This document shows, piece after piece, positions 13,101 to 27,893 of a stretch of 64,000 nt of DNA. Each line of letters opens with the position of its first letter. Position 1 is the stretch's first letter. The translations under genes and the position numbers were made by a program. The notes beneath the pieces were generated by a model. That model worked only from the letters and a program-made list of their open reading frames with translations. It did no database searches and was not told the DNA's origin. Location of the stretch: NCBI GenBank assembly GCA_039621445.1, contig CP154954.1, positions 26,548,954-26,612,953 of the forward strand. Direction: 5' to 3'. Origin of the DNA: Euglena gracilis (lineage: Eukaryota).

Positions 13101-16054
13101 TCTGGTGGATGCGCACATTCAGTCCGGTGGATGTGCATTTTCAGACGGCTGGGTGTGCTTTTCGGGTTGAGTGGATGTGCATTTTCAGTCTTGAGGATGT
13201 GTGTTTTCAGTCCGGTGGACATGTGCTTTCAATCTGGTGGATGTGCATTTTCAGTCTGGCGGATGTGCATTGTGTTCAGGTTGACGGATGTGAGTTTTGA
13301 GTCCGGTGAATGTGTCTTTTCAGTCGGGTGGATGTGTGTTTTCAGTCCGGTGGATGTGCATTTCCAGTCCGGTGGATGTGTGTTTTCAGGTCGGTGGAGT
13401 GTATTTTGATATGGAGGATACGCGTTTTCAGTCCGGTAAACATACGTTTTCAGTCCGGTGGTCATGCATCTTCAGTCCGATGGATGTATGTTTTTAGTCT
13501 GGTGGATGTGTGTTTTCAGTCAGGTGGGTGAGTGTTTTCAGTCCGGTGGACGTACATTTTCAGTCCAGAAAATGTTCATTTTCATTCCGGTGGATGTGCA
13601 CTTTCAGTCCATTGAACATGCGCTTTCAGACCGGTGGATGTGCATTTTAATTCTAGTTGATGTGGATTTTCAGTCTTGTGGATATGCGCTTTCAGTCCGG
13701 TGGAAGAGTGTTTTCTGTCCGGTGGATGTGGTTTTTCAGTCTGGTGGATGTGCATTTTCAGACCCTTGGATGTGCCTTTTTGAGTTGAGTGGATATGTGT
13801 TTTCAGCCTTGTGGACTTGTGTTTTCAGTCCGGTGGATGGACACGTTCATCGGACTGAAAACTCACACCTGTCAACCTGAAACACAATCTGAAAACAAAG
13901 ATCCACCCGATTGAAAGCGCACGTCCACTCCACTGAAAATGCACATCCATCTCACTGAGAACACACACACACACACACACCGGACTGAAATCACAAGTCC
14001 ACAAGACTGAAACCGCACATCCACTCAACTCAAAAAGCACATCCAACCGTCTGAAAATGCACATCCACCAGACTGAAAACGCGCATCCACCAGACTAAAA
14101 ACAAACATCCACCAGACTGAAAGTGCACCTTCACTGGGCTGAAGGCGCACGTCCATCGGACTGAAAACCCACATCCACCGGGCTGAAAACACACGTCCAT
14201 CGGACTGAAGATGCCTATCACCTCCAAATTTAAATACACTCCATCGGACTGAAAACGCGCATCCACCGAACTGAAAACACACGCCCACCTGACTGAAAAC
14301 AAAAACTGCCACCGGACTGAAAACACACATCCAGCAGACTGACAAAGCACACATCGCACACAAAGCGCACATCCATCGGACTGAAAACACATGTCCACCG
14401 GACTGAAAAACCACATCCACCGGACAGAAAACGCACAACCACCGGACTTAAAACCCTACATCCAGCAGACTGACAAAATACACATCCATCAGACTGAAGG
14501 CGTATGTCCACCAGACCGAACACACAAAACCACCAGACTGTAAACGCGCATCTACCGGACTGAAAACACACATCTGCCGGACTGACAAAATGCACATACA
14601 CCAGACAGAAAACACACATTCACTGGACTAAAAGTGAATGTCCACCAGACTGAAAACGCGTGCCCACCGGACTGAAAACGTACAGTCACCGGACTGAAAA
14701 CACACATCCAAGAAACTGAAAACACACATCCACCGGTCTTTAAACACATCCGCCGGACTGAAAACGTACATCCACCGGACTGAATAAGCACATCAGCTCG
14801 ACTAAAAACACACATCCACCGAACTGAAAAACACATCCACCATACTAAAAACACACATGCACCAGACTAAAGACACACAACGACCGGACTGAAAGCGCAC
14901 GTCCACCGGACTGAAAACACACATCCACTGGACTGAAAACGCACATCCTGCAGACTGAAAACGCATATCCACCGGACTGAGAACACACATCCACTGGACT
15001 GATAACGCACATCCGCCGGACTGAAAACACACATTCACCAGACTGATAATGCACATCCACCGGACTGAAAACGCACATCCACCAGACTGAAAACACACAT
15101 CCACTGGACTGAAAACGCACATCCACCGGACTGAAAACACACAGCCACCAGACTGAAAACACATCCACTGGACTGAAAACGCACATCCACCTGACTGAAG
15201 ACGCACATCCACCGCACTGAAGACGCACATCCACCGGACTGAAGACGCACATCCACCGGATTGAAAGCACATGCAGGGGGGGAGGGGTGCGCTAGCCCGG
15301 CCCTGGAAAAAAAATGCGCAAAAAATGCGCAAAAAAAAATGCGCAAAAATGCAAAAAAAAATGCAGAATGTCTGCAAAGCTTGGAGCGTGAAGGAAAAAG
15401 GCGCCACTCTCCGTCCACCATCGCCAAAGACAATGGTGCCCCCTACTTGTGACCAGGGGTGTAGGATTCCCGCCTCTTTTTTTGGTGCTGTGTGATCTCT
15501 GAAATCTCAAGTTTCCTCATGAAGATGAGTACGCACAAGCAAATATGGACTTATCAAAGGCTCACAAAAATATATTGTGGGGTCTCTGAAACCCCTAGCG
15601 TCCTCACATTTGTGAGTACCCACAACCATCGCGCCTCGAAAAGCCGCATCAAGAGTGCTATGTTCTTCTGAGGTCTCTGAAACCCCTAATGTCCTCATGA
15701 AAATGAGTACCCACAAGCAACAACCAACCCCAAAAGTTTTTTTCTTTTTGTTCAGGCGGGGCTCTTGGGGTGGTGGACAATGCAGTTGAGTTAGGGGCGA
15801 CTGTCACAGAAATTGGTGCCAAATGATGGCAGTTGATGAGACTAGTGAGGGATGGCAGACAGGCATTCGCATTCATGATTTGTCCTGCCAATGCAAACTT
15901 GTAGAGCAGGAAAAACCATGGGCGGGGTCAGACTGGTGAGGGCTGGCAGACAAGCATTCACATTCATGATTTGTCGTACTGGCGGTCCAGCAGCGTCTTC
16001 GGATCATGCTCCTGTGGTGTTGCTCCTCTGGAGTACCCTCCCCTATGCCAATGA

Positions 16055-17070
16055 CTGGTGACCTCTGTCCTCTGACCGGGGGGGGGGGGTCGTTGGACAT
16101 AGGGTAATGACCAAAAAGGTGTCCTCTGACCGGGGGGGGGGGGGGGGGCGTTGGACATAGGGTCAAAAGAAAGTTGGTGGGTAAACCCCTCCCATTTAAA
16201 CCGACCCCCCTTCTAAACCGACCTACCCTTCCAAACCGATCCATTGCAGAATTTCAACCAAAAAAATAAATAAACCGACCCATGGCAAGTTGGATGACAA
16301 ACATGCACAACATAATGGAAGCCGCCAACAGAAAGAGCTTCCATGCTAATTGAATAGTTGGTATTGATGACCCAAAATTAGGTTTTTACACCCAAATTAG
16401 GCATTTGCTTCCAAAATTTGGAGTTTGTACCTCAAATTGGACATTTTCCTCTGAAAATTTGGTGTTGGAACCCAAAAAATGCAAAATTAGGTATTTGCCA
16501 TCTGAAATTTGAAGTTTACACCCAAAATTAGGCAGTCTGCCACCAAAAATTGGATATTACACCCAAAATTCAGGATTTGCCCCCGAAAATTAAGCATTTG
16601 CATCCAAATTAGGCATTTGTCACTCAAAGTTAGGAATTGGCCGACCAAATTGGGTATTTGCCAATTGGAATTGCCTTGCTGACATCAACCCGCTTCCGTC
16701 ACGCCGTCGGCCAGCCGCGTGCGCCCCCTGAAACCGACCCCCCCCGTCTAAACCGACCCCCTCCAGGATTTCCGCCAACCCAAAAATCCTAAACCGAGGG
16801 GTCGGTTTAAATGGGGGGGGGGGGGTTACCCAGGTCCCTACCCACCCAAAAATGCCCAAATTTTCCCTTCCGGCGCTTCGCGCCGAAAATTTTGGGGAAC
16901 TTTGACAAAAAGTGTCAAAAATTTGGCATTTTGGCCAAATTTTGGGCAAAATTTTTCATCCCGGCGCTTCACGCCGGGACCAAAAATTTGGTCAAACCGA
17001 AAAGGTGTCCTCTGACCGGGGGGTGGTCATTGGACATAGGGGGGTCGTTGGACATAGGGGGGGGGGTGCT
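16055..17070. mobile_element. Nested MITE-derived cluster that truncates the transposase
   Basis: TGTCCTCTGACCGGGGG-GTCGTTGGACATAGGG modules at both ends, with AAACCGACCC and CCCAAAATT repeats inside. The transposase reading frame runs into it at about 17070. Confidence 0.55.
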
Positions 17071-18226
17071 CTTCTGTGATGAACTCTTTCCAGACATTGA
17101 TGTTCTGGCACCACCAGTGTGCGGCATCAGCCCATGCGTTCCAACGTGTTTCGCCCACTTTGGACGGGAACGTTTCCTGCATCCCTTTGGATGACAGGAG
17201 TTTTTTCCACCGACGCCTTCGGGCAGCATACTTTGGTGTGGCAACCAAATATGCCCCAGGAAACAACACATCACTCAGCACCTTGAAATCTTGGTGGTTT
17301 TGAAGCGCACGGCCAACGTGATTCAACTTGTGCGCCATGCACAGCAGAAGCGTGCTCTTTGGCCAAAGGATTGACAGAACGTTTTTGTACGCAGCCACCA
17401 TGACAGAACCTTCATCACAAATCACAAAATCAATCAAATTTGTGTCCATGCCCAATCTGCTCAATGTATTATTCAATTGGCTGCAAATCTCTTTGTGTTC
17501 AACACCAGAAGACTTCCCTTGTCCTTCAAGAAACAGAACATCAATTGCAACATGAACCGACGCCGATATTGCAATGACTGCCACAGTGGCACACCCCGCA
17601 TCATCTGTCCATTCATCAAACATCAGTGCAATCCTTGACCCGGTCAAAAGGTCTTTGATCTTCGCGATTACTTCAAAATACAAACGTAAAACATTTTGAC
17701 TGGGGAAATAGTCACTTAAACGAGGGATGCACCCATGTATGTGCGTTGTTTTCTTCAACCATCCTCGGAAGCTGGGGTGATCAATCTTCTCAACAGGTAT
17801 GCCGGTGCACAAACACATCAACACCAAATCGTCTTGACGGTTGCGGTTCACCTCAGCAGGCTTCTGTGTGAGCATCCAGGGTGGCTTGCCTGCCAGTCAA
17901 TGGCAGAGGTTGGAGGACCTTCTTGGGTCCGTCTTCTTTCTTCTTTCTTCTTCATCTTTCCAAGACCGTTCTACACCGTCTTTGTGGCACTGCTTTTGAA
18001 GGTGTTGGTCAATTGGCAATTTCGTCTGGTGGTTGACACCTTTGCCACACGCAATGCACCACAAAATGGAGTGACTTCCTTCCATTCGGACTTCAAATGG
18101 TTCCCTCGAATATTGTCCAAATTGCAACAGTGACCCTTTCAACAGTGACCCTTTTTGCATAATGAGAACCTCTTCTGCCAACTCCTTTCCCTCGCTTTCT
18201 CTTTGGTTGGCTCTGCTGGTCCTCAA
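17070..18226 (-). pseudogene. hAT-family transposase remnant (N-terminal C2H2/BED-like finger plus RNase H-fold core), frameshifted and 3'-truncated
   Basis: ORF 18226-17897 has WCIAC...HLQKQCH. ORF 17875-17027 has GIPVEKIDHPSFRGWL, IALMFDEWTD, CMAHKLN and ETRWNAW, which are hAT hallmarks (DxWT, CxxH, TRW). Confidence 0.85.
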
Positions 18227-21198
18227 TGTCCTCCGAAACGGGGGTTGAATGTTGTGAAGCTAATGGCAGGCCAAAATGTCACAAAATACCAATATACATC
18301 CCGGCCTGCACGGAACATCTTCATCCAATTCAAGTGAAATGTGGGAGCAACCTTTTGTGCATTTTGACCCAAAAAAACACTGCACAAAAGCTTGGGTTGG
18401 AATTGCTTGAGACGGCCATTTTGTGAGTATGAGGAAAGCAAATTGAAATAATACAAATTTTTCAAAAAATGGAAACAAAACACAAATCGAGTGCAAAAAA
18501 AAAATCCGCAACGGACCTCTGAATGTTACTTGGAACAGTCGGATCCATCAAGAGACAATATGAGTATGTACAACCATTTAAAAAAATAAGATCAGAAAAT
18601 CAGAAAATGCGCATAAAAAACTGAAAAAAATGCGCAAAAAAATGCGCATTTTCCTAAAAATCAGGAAAATGTGCAAAAAAAAATGCGCAAAAATGCGAAA
18701 AAATACCGAAACGCATTCCCCCTCCCCTGGCACATGTCCACTGGACTGAAAGCGCACATCCATACGGATGTGCGCTTTCAGACTTGTGGATATGTGTTTT
18801 CAGTCCGGTGGATGTGTGTTTTCTGCTCGGTGGATGTGTGTTTTCTGTTCGGTGGATGTGTGTTTTCAGTCCGGTGGATGTGCGTTGCCAGTCCGCTGGA
18901 TGTGCTTTATCATTCCGGTGGATGTACGTTTTAAGTCCGGTGGATGTGCGTTTTCAGGTCGTTGGATGTGCGTTTTCAGTCCGGGGGGTCTGTGTTCGTT
19001 CCGGTGGATGTGCTTTTCCATTTGAGCGGATGTGTGTTTTCAAATTAGTGGATGTGTTTTTTCGTCCGGTGGATGTGCGTGTTCAGTCCGGTGGATGTGT
19101 GTTTTCACTCCGCTGGATGAGCATTTTCAGTCCAGTGGGTGTGTGTTTTCAAGTCGGTGGTTGTGCACTTTCAGTCTGGTGGATGTGTGTTTTAAGTCAC
19201 TTGGATGTTCATTTTCAGTCCAGTGGATGTGCATCAGTCCGGTGGAGGTGTGCTTTTATTCCGGTGGATGTGTGTTTTCAGTCCGGTGGAAGTGCGCTTT
19301 CAGTCCGGTGGAAGTGCGCTTTCAGTCCGGTGGATGAGTGTTTTCAGTCCGGTGGATGTGTGTTTTCAGTCCGCTGAACGTGCATTTTCAGTCCGGTGAG
19401 AGTGTGTTTTTTCAAATCGGTTGTTGCGCACTTTCAGTCCGGTGGAAGTGTGTTTTCAGCCAGGTGGATGTTTATTTTCAGTCCAGTGGACGTGCATCAG
19501 TCCGGTGGATGCGCGTTTTCAGTCCGGTGGACATGTGCTTTCAATCCGGTGGATGTGAAGTTTCAATCCGGTGGATTTGCATTTTCATTCCGGTGGATGT
19601 GCGACTTCAGTCCGGTGGATGTGTGTCTTCGATCTGGTGGATGTGTGTTTTCAGAATTGTGGATATGTGCGTATTCAGTCCGCTGGATGTGCGTTTTTAG
19701 TCCGGTGAGTGTGTGTTTCAATTCGGTGGTTGTGCACTTTCAGTCTAGTGGATGTGTGTTTTCAGCCAGGTGGATGTTCATTTTCAGTCCAGTGGACGTG
19801 CATCAGTCTGGTGGATGTGCGTTTTCAGTCTGGTGGATGAGCTTTTTCAGTTCAGTGGAATGTGTGTTTTCAGGTCGGTGGTATTTGAATTTTAAGTCCC
19901 GTGTATGTGCGTGTTAAGTCAGGTGGATGTGTGTTTTCAGTCCGCTGGTACAATTTCAGTCCCGTGAGTGTGTGTTTTCAAATCGGTTGTTGCGCACTTT
20001 CAGTCCGGTGGATGTGTGTGGTTTCAGCCAGGGGGATGTTCATTTTCAGTCCAGTGGACGTGCATCAGTCCGGTGGATGAGCGTTTTCAGTCCGGTGGAC
20101 ATGTGCTTTCAATCCAGTGGATGTGAATTTTCAGTCCGGTGGATGTGTGTCTTCAGTCCGGTGGATGTACGTTTTCAGTTTGGTGGATGTGCGTCTTCAG
20201 TGTGGTGGATGTGCGTTTTCAAACTTGTGGAGATGTGGTTTCAATCCGGTGGATGTGTGTTTTCAGTCAGGTGGATGTGGTTTTCTCAGTCCGGTGGATG
20301 TGTGTTTCAGTCTGGATATGCGTTTTCTGTCCGGTGGATATGTGTTTTCAATCCGGTGGATGTGCGTTCCGAGGTCGGTGGATGTGTGTTTTCAGTCCGG
20401 TGGGTATGTGTTCAGTCCGGTGGATGTGCTTTTTCAGTTCAGTGGATTTGTGTTTTCAGTCCGGTGGATGTGTGTTTTCAGTCCGCTGGATGTGCATTTT
20501 CAGTCCGGTGGGTGTGCGTTTTCAAGTCGGTGGTTGTGCACTTTCAGTTCGGTTGATGTGTGCTTTCAGTCAGGTGGGATTTCATTTTAAGTCCAGTGGA
20601 TGTGCATGAATCCCGTCAAGCCAGTCCGGTGGATGTGCGTTTTCAGTCCGCTGGGCATGTGCTTTCAATCTGGTGGATGTGCGTCTTCAGTCCGGTGGAT
20701 GTGTGTTTCAGTCCACTGACTGTGCGTCTTCAGTCCGGTGACTGTACGTCTTCAGTCTGGTGGATGTAAATTTTCAGACTCGTGGATATGCGTTGTCAGT
20801 CCGGTGGATGTGTGTTTTTAGTTCATGGATGTGCATTGTCAGTCCCTGGATAACCGGACTGAAAACGCACATCCACCGGACTGAATGCGCACGTCCACCA
20901 GACTGAAACCGCACGTACACCGTACTGAAAACACACATCCACTGGACTGAAGACAGACATCCACCGGACTGAAAATGCACATCCACCAGACATAAAACGC
21001 ACATCCACCGGACCCAAAACGCACATCCACCGGACTAAACACACACATCCACTGGTCTGAAGACGCACGTCCACCGGACTGAAAACACACATGCACCGGA
21101 CTGATACACAACACCAGACTGAAGACGCACATCCACTGACCTGAAAACACACATCCACCGGACTGAAAACCCACATCTGAAAGACTGAAAAAAAAAGT

Positions 21199-24100
21199 CG
21201 GGTATATGCTTTCTGACACATTTGCGTTTTCAGGCTGGTGGATGTGCTTTTCAGTCCAATGGATGTGCGTTTTCAGGCCGGTGGATGTGCGTTTTTACGC
21301 CGATGAAAATGTGTTTTCGGGGTGGATATGCATTTCAAGTTCTTTGGTGTGATTCTTCAGACTGTTTTTTTGGGGGGGGCGTTGCCAGGTGGATGTCCAT
21401 TTTCAGCCTGGTGGATGTGCATATTGAGTCCAATGGATGTGAATTTTAACTTCCCCTCTTGTCCAACGACCACTACCTCCCCCCCCCCTTGCCCAACGAC
21501 CACTAAATATCGCTACTGACTGGTGGTCGTTATTTTGGCCAAATATCGCTACTGACCGGGGGGTGGTCGTTAGACAAGACCGGGGTCAAAAAATTTTCTC
21601 CCGCGTGCACAAAATGGTCACAAAATGGTCATAAAATGGCCAAAGGTGGTCAAAATGGGGTAAAAAGTGGATAAAAGCGGTCAGAAGTGGCTTAAAATGG
21701 CCACAAATGTGAAAAAAAAAAATAGCCAGAAGCAGCCAAAAATTGGCATAAATGAAGCAAAAATGCATTCATAGCATCCAAAAGTGGCCAAATTTGCCAA
21801 ATGCAGCCCAGAGTGGCCAAAAGTGGCCAAAAGTGGCCCAAAATGGCCAAAACATGGCCAAAAAAAGGCCAAAAGTTGCCAATTTGCAGGAAACCAGGCA
21901 AAAAAAACTTGTTGACCAGGTACAAAATCTGCCATGAAAGCTGTAAGAAAAGGCTGGAGGTAAGAACGCGAACGTGTGGAAAAAAGATCACCTGGAAAAA
22001 GATCGCTACTGACCGGGGGGGTGGTCGTTGGACAAGGCCGGTCGTTGGACAAGGGGGGGGGAGGAGGTAATGTTCATCTCCGACTGGGGTGGAGGGCGGG
22101 CTAAAATAGCCAATGTTCGTCTCCGGGGGGTTGTTCGACAAAGGGGAGATTTTTGCCACTGTTGACCATTTTTGGCCTTTTCACCATCTTGGTTAACTCT
22201 TGGCAAAAAGGAAGGCCAAAAATGGCCAAAATCGCTTAAAAGCAAATAACATAATAAATAAAATTATTATAAGTTATATAAGTTATATAAAATATATATA
22301 CATATATATATGTATATATACATATATATACATATATGTATATAAATATATGTGTGTGTATATATACATATATATATAACAAAATTGCCAAAAAAAACAG
22401 CCAAAAATATTCATATATCCCCATATGGTCAATATTTTTGTTATGTCATTGGCCACTTTTAAGTGTTTTTGGCCACTTTTGACCACTTTTACCAAGAGTT
22501 AACCAAAATGGTCAAAAGGCCAAAAATGACCAACAGTGGCAAAAAAAAAATGGTCAACAGGGGACAAAAACCGACCAAAAATGGCCAAAGGTGACCAAAC
22601 GTGGCCAAAAAAAAAATACCCAAAGGTGGCCAAAAGTGGCCAAAAAAGGTCGGCCGAGTTTTCGCCGACTTCGACGAATTTTCGCCTTTTGCACACCATT
22701 TTGGTAAATTGTAGTCATTTTTTGAGAGGGCCACTGGTCTTCTTCAGCCCGATTGGGCTTTTACAGCCAGTTTGTGGTGGTCAATCCTAGCAAATTGCAA
22801 AAAAAAAAACGTAAAAAAAGCGAAACTAATCGCACAACTCTTCCCATACTCATGGGACCAACATCAGATACAAAAGGACCGCTTCTGACTGGGGGGGGGT
22901 TGTTGGACATGCAAGGTCCCTGGACAAGGAGGGGAGGTGATGACGGTGAATGGGCGTTGCAGGCTGGTGCACTTTGGTGCATGTGCACGCCGTATGTTTT
23001 TAAGTATGGATGTGCGTTTTCAGTCCGGTGGATATGCTTTTTTATGCCGGTGCATGTGCTTTTGCAAACTGTTGCACTTCGATGGATGAAGGTGATCAGT
23101 CTGGTGTATGTGCGTTATCAGGCTGCTGGATGTGCATGTTCGGTGCGGTGGATTTGCATTTGCTGGCATGTGTATTTTAGTGGATGTCCGTTTTCAGGTC
23201 AATGGATGTGCATTTTCAGTCCTGTGGAGGTGCGTCTTCAGTCCAGTGGACGTCCGTTTTCAGGTCGGTGGATACGTTTTCAGACCGCTGGATGTGTATT
23301 TTCAAGTGGCTGTATGTGCATATTCAGGTGTGTGGATGTGGGATTTCAGTCCAGTTGATGTGCGTGAACGCCTACAACACGGTGGACGTGTGTCTTCAGT
23401 CTGGCAGATGTGTGTTTTCAGTCCGGTGGATGTGTGTTTAGTCCGCTAGATGTGCATTTCTACGGGGGTGGATGTGTGATTTCAGTCTGGTTGATGTGCG
23501 TGTGTGTGACTTCAGTCCGGTGGACGTGCGTTTTCAGTCTGGTGGATGTGCGCTTTCAGTCCGCTAGATGAGCTTTTTCAGGTGGGTGGATATGCGGCTT
23601 CAGTCCGGTGGATTTGTGTTTTCAGTCCGGTGGACGTGTGTTTTCAGTCCGGTGGATGTGCATTTTCAGTCCAGTGGATGTATGTTTCCAGGCTGCTGGA
23701 TGTACTTTTGCAAACCAGTGCAGGAGGGTGGACGTGCACTAGCAGCTCGGTGAACGTACGTTTTCAGGTAGACGGATGTGTGTTTTCAGTTCAGTGGATG
23801 TGCCAGTTTTCAGTCCGGTGGATTCGGTCTGGTGGATGTGTGTTCTCAGTCCGGTGGATGTGTGTTTTCAGTCTGGTGGATGTGCATCTTCTGTCCGGTG
23901 GATATGTGTTTTCAGTCTGGTGGATGTGCGTTTTCAGTCCGGTGGATGTGTGTTTTATGTCCGGTGGATGTGTGTTTTCAGTCCGGTGGATGTGCGTTGT
24001 CAGTCTGGTGGATGTGTGTTCTCAGTCTGGTGGATGTGCGTTATCAATCTGGTGGATGTACGTCTTCAATCCGGCGGATGTGTGTTCTCAGTCCGGTGGA

Positions 24101-27100
24101 TATGTGTGTTTTCAGGTAGGAGGATGTGTGTTAATTCCGAGATATGTGCTTTTTCAGCTTGGTGGATACGTATTCTCAGTCCGGTGGATGTGCATATTCA
24201 GCCTGGCGGATGTACGTTTTTAGTCTGGCTGATGTGTGTTTTAAGGTCGGTGGACGTGCGGTTTCAGTCCGGTGGATGTGCGTTTTCGGGTCGGTAGATG
24301 TGCGTTTTCAGTCCGGTGTCTGTGCAGTTTGGCGCTGTGGATGTTCATTTTCAGTCTGGCTGATGTGTGTTTTCAGCCTGGTGGATAAGCAGTTGCAGGT
24401 CCTGCAAACCCACATCTGAGTGATGTGGGTTTTCGGGTGGGCGAAGATGTGGGGGGATCTGTGCTTTCAGTCCGGTAGATGTGCTTTTTTCAGTCCGGTG
24501 GATGTGTGTTTTCAGTTTCATGGATATCCGCTTCCAGTCCGGTGGATGTGCGTCTTCAGTGCGTGTATGTGCTTTTTCAGTCCGGTGGATGTGGGACTTC
24601 AGCACGGTGGACGTATATTTTAAGTCCCGTGGATGTATAGTCTCAGCTTGGTGTATGCATCTTCAATCCAGTGGATGTGCGTTTTCAGTTTGGAAAATGT
24701 GTCTTTTCAGGTGGGAGGATGTGCGTTTTTAGTCCAGTGGATGTGCGTCTTCAGTCCGGTGGATGTGCGATTTCAGGTCGGTGGATGCGAGTTTTCAGGT
24801 AAGTGGATGTCCGTTTTCAGGTCAATGGATGTACATTTTCATTCCTGTGGACGTGCGTCTTTAGTCCGGTGGACGTCCGTTTTCAGGTTCGGTGGATACG
24901 AGTTTTCAGTCCAATGGATGTGTATTTTCAGTCCGTTAGATGTACACTTTCAATCCATTGGATGTGTGTTCAGTTAGGTGGATGTGTGTTTTCAGTTGAG
25001 TGCACGTGTGTTTTCAGTCCGGTGGAGTGTGCTTTCAGCGAGGTGGAAATGTGTTTTCAGTGAGGTGGATATGTGTTTTCAGTCCTGTGAATGTGAGTTA
25101 AAGCGGTGGATGTGCGTTTTCAGTGAGGTGAATGTGTTTTCTCAGTCCGGTGGATGTGCGTTATCAGTCCGGTGGATGTGTGTTTTCAGTCAGGTAGACG
25201 TGCATATTCAGTTCGGTGGATGTACGCTTTCATTATGGTGTCTGTTCATTTTCAGTGCGGTGTATGTGTGTTTTCAGTCCAGATGTGTGTTTTCAGTCCG
25301 GTGGACGAGCATTTTCAGTCAGGTAAATGTGCGTTTTCAGTCGGGTGGATGTGTGTTTTCTGTCCAGTGCACGTGCGTTTCCAGTCCGGTGGTTGTGCAT
25401 TTTCAGTCCGGTGGATTTGCATTTTCAGGTGGGTCGATGTGCGTTTTAGTCCGGTGGACGTGTGGGTGCGTCTTCAGTCCGGTGGACGTGTGGGTGCGTC
25501 TTCAGTCCGGTGGACGTGTGTTCTCAATCCGGTGGATGTACGGTTTCAGTCCGGATGTGTGCTTTCAGTCCGGTGATGAGCATTTTCAGGTAGGCGGATG
25601 TGCGTTTTCAGTCCGGTGGATATGTGTTTTCAGTCCAGTGCACGTGCCTTTCCAGTCTGGTGGATGTGCATTTTCAGTCCGGTGGATTTGCATTCTCAGT
25701 CCGGTGGACGTGTGTGTGCATATGCAGTCCGGTGGACGTGTGCTTTCAATGTGGTGGATGTGAATTTTCAGTCCGATGGACGTGTGTTTTCAGGTGGGTG
25801 AATGTGTGTGTTCAGTCCGGTGGATGTACGTTTTCAGTCTGGTGGATGTGCATTTTCAGTCCAGTGGATGTGCATTTTGAGTCCGGTGGATGTTCGTTTC
25901 TGTCCGGTGGATGTGCATTTTCAGTCTGGTGGATGTGTGTTTTCAGTCCAATGGATGTGCGTTTTCAGGTGGGTGGATTTGCGTTCTGAGTCCGGTTGAC
26001 GTGTGTGTGCGTCTGTTTTCCGGTGGATGTGCGTTTTCAGTCCGATGGGTGTGCATTTTCAGTACGATGGTTGCGTGTTTTCAGTCCGGTGGATATGTAT
26101 TTCTGTCCGGTGGATGTGAGTCTTCAGTCTGGTGAATGTGTGTTTTCAGTCCGGTGGATGTACATTATCAGTCTGGTCTTCAATCCGGTGGGTGTATGTT
26201 TTCAGTGAGGTGGACGTGCGTTTTCAGTCCGGTGGATGTGCATTTACAGTCCGATGAATGTGTGTTTTCAGTCCGGTGGATGTGCTCTTTCAGTCTGGTG
26301 GATGAGCACTTTCAGTCCGGTGGATGTGGGTTTTTGGGCCATTGGATGTGCGTTCTCAGTCCGGTGGATGTGTGTTCAGTGCGGTGGATGTGCTCATTCA
26401 ATTGACAGAATGTGTCTCTTCAGTCCAATGGATGTGCGTTTTCATTGGGGTGAACGTGTGTTTTCAGTCCGGTTGATGTGTGTTTTCAGTGCGGTGGATG
26501 TACATTTTCTGTCAGGTGGACGTGTGTTTTCATTCTGGTGGATGTGTGTATTCGCTCCTCTGGGCGTGCGTCTTTAGTACGGTGGATGTGCCTTTTCAGT
26601 CTGGTGGACACGTGTTATCAGTACACTGGTGTGTGTTCTCAGTCCGGTGGAAAGGTGTGTTTTCAGTCAGGTGGATGTGCATTTTCAGTCTGGTGGATGT
26701 GTGTTTTCAGTCTGCTGGATATGCGTTATCAATCCGGTGAGGTGGGTTTTCAGTCCGGTGGATGTGCAGTATGAGTCCGGTGAACGTGCGTTTTCTGTCC
26801 GGTGGGTGTGCCTTCCAGTCCGGTGGATGTGCGTTTTCAGTCCGGTGGAGGTAAGTTTTCAGTGAGGTGTATGTGCGTTTTCAGTCCAGTCGATGTTCAT
26901 TTTCAGTCCAGTGGATGCGCGCTTTCAGTACGGTGGATGTTTGTTTCCTGTCCGATGGATGTGTGATATCAGTCCACTGAGTATGGGTTTTCAGTCAGGT
27001 GGATGTAAGTTTTCAGTCCGGTGGGCGTACATTTTAAGTCCGGTGGATGTGGGTTTGCAGTGCGGTGGATGTGCCTTTTCAGCAAAATGGGTGGTGCACT

Positions 27101-27893
27101 TTCAGTACGGTGGATGTGTGTTTTCAGTCCAGTGGATGTGCATTTTTAGTCCGGTGGATATGTGTTCAGTCCGGTGATTGTTCGTTTTCAGTCCGGTGGA
27201 TGTGCCTCTTCAGTCCGGTGGATGTGTGTTTTCAGTCCGGTGGATGTACGCTTTCAGTCCGGTGGGCGCACGGTTTAAGTCCGGTGGATGTGGGTTTGCA
27301 GTGCAGTGGATGTGTGTTTTCAATCCGGTGGCTGTGTGTTTTCAATCCGGTGGATGTGCGTTTTTAGTCTGGTGGATATGCGTTATCAGTCCACTGGATG
27401 TGCGTTTTCAGTCCGATGGACGTGCACTTTCAGTCCGGTTCCTGTGTGATTCAGTCTTGTGGATGTGCATTTTCAGTCCAGTGGATGTGCATTTAATTCG
27501 GGAGGATGTGTGTTTTCAGTCCGGTAGATGTACACTTTGAGTCCGATGGATTTTCATTTTTAGTCCTGTGGAGGTTCATTTTCTGTCCGGTGGATGTTCA
27601 TTTTCAGCTTGGTGAACGTTCATTGCAATTCCACTGGATGTGAGTTTTAAGTCCGGTGGATGTTTGTTTTCAGTCCGGTTAATGCGCGCTTTCGGTGAAC
27701 GTGTGCCTTCAATCCGGTGGATGCGCGGTTTCAGTCCGGTGGATGTTCATTTTCAGTCCGGTGGATGTGCACTTTTTGTCCGGTGGATGTGCCCTTTCAG
27801 TCCGGTCAATGTGTGTGTTCAGTCTGGTGGATGTGTGTCTTCAGTCTGGTGGATGTGTGTTCAGTCCGGTGGGTGAACATCTTCAATCCGGTG
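21199..27893 (+). repeat. Segmental duplicate of about 5465-11880
   Basis: The same succession of satellite variants and identical ORF translations (e.g. 8091 vs 24144, 11163 vs 27178), with scattered substitutions and indels. Confidence 0.9.

Larger units (their letters stand above)
15274..18729 (-). mobile_element. Decayed hAT DNA transposon with CAG...CTG ends, inserted in the satellite
   Basis: Imperfect TIRs CAGGGGGGGAGGGGTGCG / CGCATTCCCCCTCCCCTG. GCACATG flanks both ends (a 7-bp match; the satellite site is GCACATGT). AAAAAATGCGC subterminal repeats at both ends. Contains a transposase remnant. Confidence 0.75.

Noticed and set aside
15840-15975. Distant last exon of the LRR gene (CCAGTCTG complements the donor at 40926; LPALTSL-like peptide)
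   Set aside because: It lies 25 kb away inside the hAT element, and closer partial partners exist (near 40015 and 40547); this cannot be decided without transcripts.
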